This document shows positions 9,825 through 18,414 of a stretch of DNA of 64,000 bases, piece after piece (position 1 is the stretch's first letter; every line of letters starts with the position of its first letter). Below the pieces are notes generated by a model. The model did not search any database. It saw only the letters and a list, made by a program, of their open reading frames with translations, and had not been told where the DNA came from. This DNA is from Bifidobacteriaceae bacterium (GTDB taxonomy: Bacteria > Actinomycetota > Actinomycetes > Actinomycetales > WQXJ01), in assembly GCA_031267825.1 (NCBI GenBank), contig JAIRYJ010000033.1, positions 32,519-96,518 of the forward strand, given 5' to 3'. The position numbers and the translations under genes were made by a program.

Positions 9825-9838
9825 TGAAAACGTTATCA
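9825..9838. promoter_or_regulatory. LacI-type operator half-palindrome, site 1
   Basis: TGAAAACGTTATCA fits the TGnAAnCGnTTnCA style centred on CG. It lies between lacI-family gene and the ABC binding-protein gene. Confidence 0.55.
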
Positions 9839-9869
9839 AATCGTTGCCGGACAGACTTGCGAACCGTCT

Positions 9870-9884
9870 TGATAAACGTTTTCA
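9870..9884. promoter_or_regulatory. LacI-type operator, site 2
   Basis: TGATAAACGTTTTCA is the near reverse complement of site 1. It lies 45 bp downstream of site 1 and about 90 bp upstream of the binding-protein start. Confidence 0.55.
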
Positions 9885-9972
9885 TAGATCCATGGCCCTG
9901 ATGCGTACGCTTTGGGACCAGCCCGTGAGCGGCACGGACAGTCCGCGCCGCAACCGACCTTCATAAGGAGCA

Positions 9973-11292
9973 ATGATGCTGAAAAGAACCAGCCGGATTA
10001 CCTGCTCGGCGGCCGTCGCCGCCCTCCTGATAGGCCTCGCCGGATGCGGCGACAACAACGGCAGCGACACCAGCGACTCACCCGGCACTGACCAGGCCAG
10101 CCAGCCTGTCGCCTTACGTATGACGGTGTGGACCGGCAACGAGGACCACCTCTCCCTGTTCAACTCCATCGCCGATGAATATGTCGCCGCCAACGGCGAC
10201 AAAGTTTCCTCCGTAACCTTCGAAACCCTGCCCTACGACGAATACACCCAGACCCTGACAACCCAGATTTCCGGCGGCAACGCGCCTGACCTGGCCTGGA
10301 TCTTGGAAGCTTCCGGCCCTGAGTTTGTCGCCAGTGGCATCCTGTCCGATCTCAAACCAGCTCTAGAGTCGGCCGAGGGCTACAACCTTGATGAGGTTCT
10401 CGATTCGGCCCTCGCCTTGTGGCAGAAGGACGGCAGTATCTACGCCTATCCGTTCTCCAACTCGCCGTTCGGTGTCCTGGTCAACACCACCATGCTGACC
10501 GAGGCTGGCCAGCCGCTGCCGAAGGACCTGATCGCTTCGGGCGATTGGACCTGGGACAAGCTGCGCCAGATCAGTGCCGCCGCGGTCGCGGCCACTGGTA
10601 AGGGCGGCTTCTATCTGAGCGGCTTTGAATCCTATCTAGCCTGGCAGTTCATGGCCGAAGCGTGGGATTCGTGGGATGCTGCCCCGTGGAGCGCCGATGG
10701 CACCACCTGCACCTTCACGGACAAGCCAATGGTTGACTTCATGACCTGGTATCACGATGCCGTCTACGTTGACAACGCCATCCCGCAGCCGGGCGTTGTA
10801 TCCGATTTCTACGCTGGTGAAGCCGCCATGGTGACAGCTCAGATCTCGCGCGCCGCTGGGCTTGACGGATCCTTCGAATGGGATATTGTGCCGCTGCCCG
10901 AAGGGCCCGCTGGGCTTCACCCGGTGATCGGCCAGGCTGGCATCGGTGTGCTGGCTCAGGGCGCCAACCCAGCCGCCGCCGCCGATTTCCTGGCTTTCTT
11001 CACTAATCCAGCCAACTCAGCCAAGCTGGCGCAGTACTTCCCGCCGCCGCGCGAATCACTGCTCAACACTGACGTGCTGGGTGCGGCTAACCCACTGCTA
11101 ACCGCCGAACAGCTCCAGGCCGTGGTGATTGATCAGATGCCCGATGCCGTCACGCTGCCAAGCCACGTCGTTTTCGCGGAGGTGTCCGATGCCGCCCGCA
11201 TAGTTCTCGACGACCTCTGGACCGCGCAGGCGGACGTTCCAAGCGTCATGGCGAACATCTGCGAAGCCATCGATCCGCTGCTCGGAAACTAG
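9973..11292 (+). CDS. ABC sugar transporter substrate-binding lipoprotein
   Basis: 439 aa. Signal peptide with lipobox LIGLAGC and a family-1 extracellular solute-binding protein look. AAGGAG lies upstream of the ATG. Confidence 0.9.
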   Translation: MMLKRTSRITCSAAVAALLIGLAGCGDNNGSDTSDSPGTDQASQPVALRMTVWTGNEDHLSLFNSIADEYVAANGDKVSSVTFETLPYDEYTQTLTTQISGGNAPDLAWILEASGPEFVASGILSDLKPALESAEGYNLDEVLDSALALWQKDGSIYAYPFSNSPFGVLVNTTMLTEAGQPLPKDLIASGDWTWDKLRQISAAAVAATGKGGFYLSGFESYLAWQFMAEAWDSWDAAPWSADGTTCTFTDKPMVDFMTWYHDAVYVDNAIPQPGVVSDFYAGEAAMVTAQISRAAGLDGSFEWDIVPLPEGPAGLHPVIGQAGIGVLAQGANPAAAADFLAFFTNPANSAKLAQYFPPPRESLLNTDVLGAANPLLTAEQLQAVVIDQMPDAVTLPSHVVFAEVSDAARIVLDDLWTAQADVPSVMANICEAIDPLLGN

Positions 11293-11298
11293 GTTCTA

Positions 11299-12255
11299 GT
11301 GGCGCCGACAGCCAATCCGGCACCCGTCCGGCGGGCCGATGCCCGCCGGACGGGTGCCACCCGCAAGCCGCGCCGAAACGCGATGCGGCGGCGTGAAGCC
11401 CTAACTGGCTACCTGTTCATCACCCCGCAGCTAGCCGGTGCGATTGGCTTGGTGATAATTCCTCTGGTAGTGGTGTTCTATTACTCATTGCATGATTGGA
11501 ACGCACTGTCATCGTCTTTCACTTTTGTTGGCGCCGGCAATTACACCAAGCTGCTGGCTGACCCGTCATTCGCTGATTCTTTGGTCGCCTCGGCCTGGTT
11601 TTCCATTGGACTGGTGACACTGAATATTGTGCTGGCTTTGGCTCTGGCCGTGTTACTCAACCAACGTCTACCCGGCACCACACTATTCCGAACTTTCTTC
11701 TTCTCTCCGGTGATTGTTTCACTGGTCGCCTGGTCAATTGTTTGGAGTTTCCTGCTGCAATTCGACGGCGGCATTAACGGGTTCTTGTCGGCTGTTGGTA
11801 TCCAAGGACCTAACTGGCTGCGGACTGGTCCAACAGCCATGTTGTCAGTCATTGTGGTTCAGGTTTTCAAGAATGTTGGCTTGAACATGATTTTGTTCCT
11901 GGCCGCTCTCCAGTCGGTGCCGTTGGAACTGCGGGAAGCGGCCAGGATTGATGGTGCCCGCGCCTGGCGGGTTTTCCGGTCGATCACTTTGCCGCTGATC
12001 AGCCCAACGCTTCTGTTGGTTTCGATTATCACGGTGATCGGATCACTTGAGGTGTTCGCCCAGATCGCTGTGCTGACCGGTGGCGGGCCGGGTAATTCGA
12101 CCACTGTACTGGTGTTTTTCCTGTACCAGAAGGCATTCCGCTATCACCAGTTTGGTTATGCCAGCGCTGTTGGCGTGGTGTTGTTCGTGATTGTGCTGCT
12201 ACTTACCTTGGCTCAGTTCCAAACCAGGAGGAGGTGGGTTCATGATGAGGTCTGA
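11299..12255 (+). CDS. Carbohydrate ABC transporter permease (MalF/UgpA-like)
   Basis: 318 aa and multi-TM. EAA loop reads LELREAARIDGARAWRVFRSITLPL. Confidence 0.9.
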   Translation: MAPTANPAPVRRADARRTGATRKPRRNAMRRREALTGYLFITPQLAGAIGLVIIPLVVVFYYSLHDWNALSSSFTFVGAGNYTKLLADPSFADSLVASAWFSIGLVTLNIVLALALAVLLNQRLPGTTLFRTFFFSPVIVSLVAWSIVWSFLLQFDGGINGFLSAVGIQGPNWLRTGPTAMLSVIVVQVFKNVGLNMILFLAALQSVPLELREAARIDGARAWRVFRSITLPLISPTLLLVSIITVIGSLEVFAQIAVLTGGGPGNSTTVLVFFLYQKAFRYHQFGYASAVGVVLFVIVLLLTLAQFQTRRRWVHDEV

Positions 12256-13186
12256 TCAGACAGAACCTACGCCGTCGGGCCGTTCGACGGCCGGATCACC
12301 CACCAAGCAACCTGGCCGGTCAAAGGCGGTGAAACCGCGCCGGGCACATCCCCCAATTTGGTGGTGGAGCCGGATCTGTTTGTACGGCCTGATGGCGGTC
12401 ATGTCCATCCCGTTCGTTTTCCCGACAGCTTGGATGTTTCTGTCCTCCTTCAAGCCACAAGCTGAGTTGTTCCGTAAGCCCCCGGCACTGCTACCCGAAC
12501 ACTGGGTGCTTGAGCCGTACATCAACGCCATTACGACCCAGCCCTTCCTGCAGCAGTACTGGAACAGCGTCTATATAGCGACACTGGTAACGCTTGGAAC
12601 CTTGTTGTTTTCTTCGATGGCCGGATACGCCTTTGCCCGGATTCGTTTCCCTGGCGCTAACTTCCTATTCATGGTGGTGTTAGTCGGAATGATGATCCCG
12701 GCTGAGGTGACAATTGTTCCGTTGTACCGGGCAGCCAACGCACTGCATTTAGTGGATACGCATGTGCCCCTGATAGTGATCCCGATGCTTGGTGCGCCGT
12801 CTGTTCTAGCGACCTTCATTATGCGTCAGTTTTTCCTTGGCCTGCCAGGAGAACTGGAAGAGGCCGGACGTCTTGACGGATTGGGGAGGGTTGGAATATT
12901 CGCCCGGATCGCTTTACCGTTGTCTAAACCAGCTCTTAGCGCGGTCGCGATTATCACCTTCCTGAAATCCTGGAATCTGTATCTAGAACCCTTGGTCTTT
13001 GTTTCTACTAAAGCCAAGTTCACGTTGCCTGTCGGATTAACCCAATACCAGGACAGCTACGGTGAACTGCAATGGAACACACAACTAGCCGCCACCACCA
13101 TGACTGTGATTCCAGTGTTGTTGGTGTTCTTGTTCGCCCAAAGGCAGTTTGTTCAAGGGCTGGCTCAAACCGGGCTGAAAGGCTAA
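12242..13186 (+). CDS. Carbohydrate ABC transporter permease (MalG/UgpE-like)
   Basis: EAA loop reads LEEAGRLDGLGRVGIFARIALPL. I prefer the ATG at 12242, preceded by GGAGGAGG, over the track start at 12191. Confidence 0.9.
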   Translation: MMRSDQTEPTPSGRSTAGSPTKQPGRSKAVKPRRAHPPIWWWSRICLYGLMAVMSIPFVFPTAWMFLSSFKPQAELFRKPPALLPEHWVLEPYINAITTQPFLQQYWNSVYIATLVTLGTLLFSSMAGYAFARIRFPGANFLFMVVLVGMMIPAEVTIVPLYRAANALHLVDTHVPLIVIPMLGAPSVLATFIMRQFFLGLPGELEEAGRLDGLGRVGIFARIALPLSKPALSAVAIITFLKSWNLYLEPLVFVSTKAKFTLPVGLTQYQDSYGELQWNTQLAATTMTVIPVLLVFLFAQRQFVQGLAQTGLKG

Positions 13187-13195
13187 CCAACCATC

Positions 13196-14899
13196 ATGCG
13201 AGAAATCAGGACTGATGTCCTTATCTGTGGCGGCGGCCTGGGCGGTATCGCGGCCGCTTTGGCCGCGACCCGCGCCGGGCGCCAAGTTGTTCTGACGGAG
13301 CCGACCAGTTGGATCGGCGGACAGTTAACTAGTCAGCTAGTACCTCTAGATGAGCACCGCCGGATCGAACAGACCGGTGCTAACGCCAGCTACCGGCGGT
13401 TACGTGACGGTATCAGGGATTACTATCGCCGCTGGTATCCCTTGACCAGCCGGGCTCAGGCCGAACCGCACCTTAATCCGGGCGCCGCCTGGGTTTCACC
13501 GGTCTCAGCCGAGCCCAGAGTCGGCCTGGCCGTGCTTGAAGCGATGATCGCTCCAGCCCGGGCCTCGGGACTGCTGACGCTGCTGGTGGGCTGGGAACCG
13601 GTTGGCGCGGAATCGGATGGCGACCGGCTTGAAGCCGTCTACCTGGCACCGGTGACCGCCACCCGGTCGGCCCAGCCGACACCAGCCCAGCCGACACCAG
13701 CCCAACCCAGCACAACCCCAGCCCAGCCGACACCAGCCCAACCCAGCACAACCCCGGAGGTCGTTGTGTTGGCGTCTTTCATCTTGGATGCCACCGAACT
13801 GGGTGACTTACTCGAGTTGGGCGGCATCGAACATGTCACCGGACGCGAATCCCAAGCCCAAACCGGTGAACCGTCGGCTGCCCCAACCAGCGACCCACTC
13901 GACATGCAAGGCGCGACCTGGGTGTTCGGCATCGACCACCGCCCTGGTGAAAACCACACGATTGACCGGCCGGCCAATTACGACTTCTACCGCGAATGGC
14001 GGCCAGCCTCCTGGCAGGGCGGACGCATCCTTGACTGGCCCGGACCCGGCGAGGACAACGGCGGACGTCACCACTACGAATTCCATCCCAACCTGGGTGA
14101 CGACCCGTTCGCCATCGACACTGACCACCGTCACATCCCACCTAATCCGGAACTGTGGAATTACCGCCGGGTGCTGGCCCGTGACCTGTTCCAGCCGGGT
14201 CGATACGCCAGCGACATGGTGGTGATGAACTGCCCGCAAAATGATTACACCGGCGGCCCGCTGTTCGGTATCCCCGACCCCCAGCGGCATTGGACGGGCG
14301 CCAAAGAGCTGTCCCAAGCGTTCTTGTACTGGCTCCAAACTGAGGCGCCCCGGCCCGATGGTGGCACTGGCTGGCCCGGTTTGCGTCTGCTGCCGGATGT
14401 GGCTGGCACCGCGGATGGCTTCGCCATGATGCCTTACATCCGCGAATCGCGGCGAATCCAGGCGCTTTACACCATTGTTGAGCAGGATGTGTCCAGCGCC
14501 CAACGGCCCGGCCAGGATGCCGCCCACTATCAGGACAGTGTTGGCGTGGGCCACTACTACTGGCTTGACCGTCACGCCACCACCGGCGGCCAGGCCGGAT
14601 CAGCTGAACTGCCCTTGCCGTTCGAGATTCCGCTGCGCGCCCTGATCCCGCGCCGGGTCCGCAATCTGGTGGCCGCCTGTAAGAACATCGGCACCACCCA
14701 GCTGACGAACGGCTGTTACCGGCTCCATCCAGTCGAATGGGCGATCGGCGAGGCGGCCGGCACCCTGGTCGCCCTTTGCCTTGAGCATGGCTGGGACCCG
14801 CATGACGTCGCTTTCACGCCCGCAAGAGTCCAGGCCCTGCAAAAAGCCTTATTGGCCGATGCCGTCCAGTTGCGTTGGCCGCCCGGCACCGGTTGGTAG
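13196..14899 (+). CDS. FAD-dependent oxidoreductase with an internal Pro/Thr-rich repeat insert
   Basis: 567 aa. N-terminal dinucleotide-binding motif DVLICGGGLGGIAAALAA. Last gene of the LacI/ABC locus. Substrate unknown. Confidence 0.7.
   Translation: MREIRTDVLICGGGLGGIAAALAATRAGRQVVLTEPTSWIGGQLTSQLVPLDEHRRIEQTGANASYRRLRDGIRDYYRRWYPLTSRAQAEPHLNPGAAWVSPVSAEPRVGLAVLEAMIAPARASGLLTLLVGWEPVGAESDGDRLEAVYLAPVTATRSAQPTPAQPTPAQPSTTPAQPTPAQPSTTPEVVVLASFILDATELGDLLELGGIEHVTGRESQAQTGEPSAAPTSDPLDMQGATWVFGIDHRPGENHTIDRPANYDFYREWRPASWQGGRILDWPGPGEDNGGRHHYEFHPNLGDDPFAIDTDHRHIPPNPELWNYRRVLARDLFQPGRYASDMVVMNCPQNDYTGGPLFGIPDPQRHWTGAKELSQAFLYWLQTEAPRPDGGTGWPGLRLLPDVAGTADGFAMMPYIRESRRIQALYTIVEQDVSSAQRPGQDAAHYQDSVGVGHYYWLDRHATTGGQAGSAELPLPFEIPLRALIPRRVRNLVAACKNIGTTQLTNGCYRLHPVEWAIGEAAGTLVALCLEHGWDPHDVAFTPARVQALQKALLADAVQLRWPPGTGW
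13670..13756 (+). repeat. Coding tandem repeat (AQPTP / AQPSTTP units)
   Basis: gcccagccgacacca-type units encode AQPTPAQPTPAQPSTTPAQPTPAQPSTTP inside the oxidoreductase. Confidence 0.8.
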
Positions 14900-14937
14900 C
14901 ACCTTGTGTTTGGCGGGGTCCAGGTCTCGCGAAAGGC

Positions 14938-16101
14938 CTATTGGCCTTCCATGAGTCGGTCAATCTGTGCCAGCATCTGGTCCAATTCGGTCTTGTGACC
15001 CTCAAGGTATTTGTTTTGGGCGTCAACCACGATCTGTGCATAGCGCTTGACGTAATCGGTTTGCTGGCGGCACTTGAAATCAATCACAGCGATATCGATT
15101 TCAATTTGAGAACCAACCAGCGATTGGTGTTCAACCGGGACGGGGTCTTCAAAGACTTCGCCATCCGGAGGGAAATCCCATTTCGAACCATCCGGGCCGA
15201 TTCGGACTCCTGCGGTAACCGGTCCGTTGATATCAGTTCCAGCATCCCATTTACCGTCCGCCAAATCAGCCACACAACTAGAAAACTCACCATCCAACTC
15301 ATCCAGTCGCGGATCGTGCCGAATGCTGTAAGGACCGTACGACTCGTAAGGTGGTGCGTTCTCAGGAAACGTCACACGAACCTCAAACGCCTCCGTGACA
15401 GCCTGGAGCGGCTCGAATAAGAAATCCGGGTAGACCACCGAGACGGTAGGAACAGGGTATTCGTCCGAAGCTAACGTCATGCATGCTTCGGGGTCAGGGT
15501 CTTGAGCATCCGCGACATCAACGTAGCCGATCAACGCCAAGTCATACGCCTCACGGGCCGATTCTGATAGCCCATCCCGATACTCCGCGTTTCTCAGCTC
15601 ACCCTCAGGCGTGTCCGGCTCAATGCCCGCTTCTCTAGGCGAAAACACACCATAACCAACCCGCTCCACCTCTTCTAGGCTGTCCGGGAGGTACGGTATG
15701 CCCAACTTGGTTTGCCCGCCGTCCATCGGCTCTTCGGTTGCGGCTATTCCCGGGTCAGCTAGCGCTGGATAATAGGTGAAACCTCGCTCTTTCATACACT
15801 CGGCGGTGAAATCCTGTATGGCCGCGTCCCGCTCGGCAATGGCGGCCGCCATTGTTGTACCCTCACCGAGCGCACGCAAGGCATCTGCCGCTTCGTAGTA
15901 CGGCGTCAGCGGTAACGCTTTCGGTGAGGGCGTGAACCATTTCACAAAGATCGCTCCGGTTGGAGTCGGCCTGCCAATGTCACCAGCTGTCTCATCCCGG
16001 GTTGGCTCATCCGTTCGCGTGCAACCTCCCAGTGACAGCAAACTAACCGCCGCCAGGCAGCAGCACATTCGCGAAAAGCGAGACATCATTCCCATATCCA
16101 C
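14938..16101 (-). CDS. Hypothetical lipoprotein; low-GC gene
   Basis: 387 aa. Signal peptide plus lipobox (LLSLGGC). No recognisable domain. Two sampled 60-nt lines inside the gene give 43-48% GC against about 63% in one neighbouring line. Confidence 0.6.
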   Translation of the reverse strand: MDMGMMSRFSRMCCCLAAVSLLSLGGCTRTDEPTRDETAGDIGRPTPTGAIFVKWFTPSPKALPLTPYYEAADALRALGEGTTMAAAIAERDAAIQDFTAECMKERGFTYYPALADPGIAATEEPMDGGQTKLGIPYLPDSLEEVERVGYGVFSPREAGIEPDTPEGELRNAEYRDGLSESAREAYDLALIGYVDVADAQDPDPEACMTLASDEYPVPTVSVVYPDFLFEPLQAVTEAFEVRVTFPENAPPYESYGPYSIRHDPRLDELDGEFSSCVADLADGKWDAGTDINGPVTAGVRIGPDGSKWDFPPDGEVFEDPVPVEHQSLVGSQIEIDIAVIDFKCRQQTDYVKRYAQIVVDAQNKYLEGHKTELDQMLAQIDRLMEGQ

Positions 16102-16186
16102 CCATTCAAGCAGGCAAACAGAGCGAAGGCCGCCTTGCGTGACGGGGGTCTCCAGCCCCTAAACGACGTCTTCGCCCGTCACTATT

Positions 16187-16456
16187 TCACCACTGGACAC
16201 CCAAGATGCTAAGTGGCCCGTAAATGACGTGGACAGCGCTGTAACGGGACGTGGTGGTGGGCCAATAGGTGATGTCCTTGGTGGCGGGCCCAAGCAAGCC
16301 GTCCTGAGTCAGTCCGTTCCAACTCTGTACCTTCTTGACCGCAGGCGTGGTTGTCGTCTGGCTATAGAGCTGACTGGTCGGACTCACCGCCTGGAAGGTT
16401 GCATCCGCCCTGTACGCGGCATGACCCCAGCGGAGCGCGTTGGACAGGTACCTCAA
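16187..16456 (-). CDS. Small hypothetical protein or gene fragment with a peptidoglycan-binding-like motif
   Basis: 89 aa. AVKKVQSWNGLTQDGLLGPATKD resembles the second half of a PG_binding_1 repeat. No clear RBS. May be a remnant. Confidence 0.25.
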   Translation of the reverse strand: MRYLSNALRWGHAAYRADATFQAVSPTSQLYSQTTTTPAVKKVQSWNGLTQDGLLGPATKDITYWPTTTSRYSAVHVIYGPLSILGVQW

Positions 16457-16610
16457 ACCGTGTTAACGCAGATCAACGCATCGTGCTTACCAGCGGAGAC
16501 GCGGCCGACAGGCACGGCGCTATGCCTAGGTCCGTGGCTTCTTACCACGGACCTAGGCGATCGCCTGGCCAGCGCAGGGGCGGCGGACAGGTTATGCGCT
16601 CTGGTCGCGT

Positions 16611-18176
16611 TCAGCCGAAGAGTGCCCGGATCGGCCCAAGGGCGAAGTAGATGATGAACAGCCCGGCCGCGGTCCACATCAGCGGGTGAACCTGCTTGGC
16701 TTTACCGGCCGCCAGTTTGAGGACCACGAATGAGATGAAGCCAGCACCAATTCCAACTGTGATGGAGTAGGTGAACGGCATCAGAATAATCGTCAAGAAA
16801 GCCGGAATGGCGATCTCATAATCCTTCCAGGAAATGCCACTGACCTGCATCATCATCAGGAAACCAACCACTACCAGGGCTGGTGTCGCAGCCTCGTAAG
16901 GCACCACGTTGACTAGCGGTGACAAGAATGTCGCGGCCAGGAACATGATGCCTGTGACAATGTTGGCTAGGCCGGTGCGGGCACCATCACCAACACCAGC
17001 GGCGGACTCAATATAGGCCGTATTGGAGGAGACGCCGCCAGCCCCACCAGCGATCGCCGCTACCGAGTCGACTATCAGGATCTGCTTGGTCTTTGGCGGG
17101 TTGCCGTCTTTGTCCAGCAGGTCACCTTCAGCGCCGATGGCGACCATTGTGCCCATCGTGTCGAAGAAGTCAGCCAGCATGAGTGAGAAAACCATCAGCA
17201 CTAAGGTCAGCAGACCTAGTTTCTGGAAGGCGCCAACAATTGAGAACTGTCCCAGAATGGAGAAGTCCGGCAGTTTGGCCAGACCCTCGAACTTGGGAAC
17301 GTTAAGATTCCAGCCCGCCGGGTTATCGGCCGATCCGCCTAGTTTGCCGATCAGTTCAACTATTACCGCTAGGACTGTGGCAGAAGCGATCGCTATCAGC
17401 AGTGCGCCTTTAACTTTCCTCATCACTAGCACTATCGCGATGATCAAACCGACCACGAAGACCAAGACCGGCCAGGTGTCGAGTGTTCCACCACGACCGA
17501 GTTGTAGTGGTGTGCCTTCGGCTTTGGTCACGAACCCGGCGTCTACCAGGCCGATCAGCGCGATGAACAAGCCGATCCCAACCGAGATGGCGACTTTCAA
17601 CTGGGCGGGAACCGCCCGGAAGACGGCCTGCCTAAATCCTGTTAGCACCAGGATCAAAATGATGATGCCTTCTAGCACCACCACACCCATCGAATCAGCG
17701 AAGCTCATACCGGGTAGTTGGGCCAGCGTGAAAGCTATCACCGCGTTGATGCCTAATCCCGCGGCGATAGCCATCGGATAGTTGGCCACCAAACCCATGG
17801 TGATGGTCATGATGCCAGCGATCAGCGCGGTTCCCGCGGCGACGGAGTCCAGCGCCGGGGCTGAACCGCCACCGATGAAGCTGCCTTCGCTTGACGGGAT
17901 ACCACCTAAAATCAGCGGGTTCAGCACAATGATGTAGCTCATCGCGAAGAATGTGACCAGGCCACCACGGACTTCTTGGCCGATTGTGGAACCTCGTTGA
18001 CTGATCTTGAAGTAGCGGTCTAGCACGCCAGCGAAGCCGCGAGTTGGCGGAGTCTTTGACTGGGAGGGCCCCTTCGCCCCCTTGGCCGCCCGAGCGGCAC
18101 CGCCAAGAGTTGTTTTGGTCTGCTTGGGACCCTGTTGGCCGGAGCGCGGCTGGGGTCCTCGATTTGCTTTTGCCAT
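16611..18176 (-). CDS. NCS2-family purine (adenine/guanine/hypoxanthine) permease, AzgA/PbuG-like
   Basis: About 521 aa and multi-TM. Contains FFDTMGT and TAYIESAAGV motifs. Has a basic, disordered N-terminal tail. The ATG at 18176 is preferred over the TTG at 18182. Confidence 0.85.
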   Translation of the reverse strand: MAKANRGPQPRSGQQGPKQTKTTLGGAARAAKGAKGPSQSKTPPTRGFAGVLDRYFKISQRGSTIGQEVRGGLVTFFAMSYIIVLNPLILGGIPSSEGSFIGGGSAPALDSVAAGTALIAGIMTITMGLVANYPMAIAAGLGINAVIAFTLAQLPGMSFADSMGVVVLEGIIILILVLTGFRQAVFRAVPAQLKVAISVGIGLFIALIGLVDAGFVTKAEGTPLQLGRGGTLDTWPVLVFVVGLIIAIVLVMRKVKGALLIAIASATVLAVIVELIGKLGGSADNPAGWNLNVPKFEGLAKLPDFSILGQFSIVGAFQKLGLLTLVLMVFSLMLADFFDTMGTMVAIGAEGDLLDKDGNPPKTKQILIVDSVAAIAGGAGGVSSNTAYIESAAGVGDGARTGLANIVTGIMFLAATFLSPLVNVVPYEAATPALVVVGFLMMMQVSGISWKDYEIAIPAFLTIILMPFTYSITVGIGAGFISFVVLKLAAGKAKQVHPLMWTAAGLFIIYFALGPIRALFG

Positions 18177-18414
18177 AGTCAAATTGTGTCAGAAGTGTGT
18201 TGCCACCGCGTAACGCTCCTGCCCGCTTGACCGGCCGCAAAGCAGCGGCGGTGGTGGCCCGCCGGATCAACCGGCGGCCTTCATCCGGCCTGCCAGAAAC
18301 TGGCCTGGACCAGCCCAACTGAGTGGTTCGGCTGGCAGACCAGCTAACTGGACCTATTCGGCCAGACGGACGGGCCGGGCCGCCTTCCAGGCAAACCACC
18401 AGGAGGAGTTTTCA

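Noticed and set aside
18183-18414. Possible purine riboswitch in the 230-nt leader of the NCS2 purine permease
   Set aside because: I read the minus-strand leader against the guanine/adenine riboswitch core as I remember it: a three-way junction, a UAUAAU-type J1/2, GUUUCUACC J2/3 and kissing 7-nt loops. Only a partial GUUUCUGGC resemblance was found, with no matching P2/P3 stems. An Infernal/Rfam scan would settle it.
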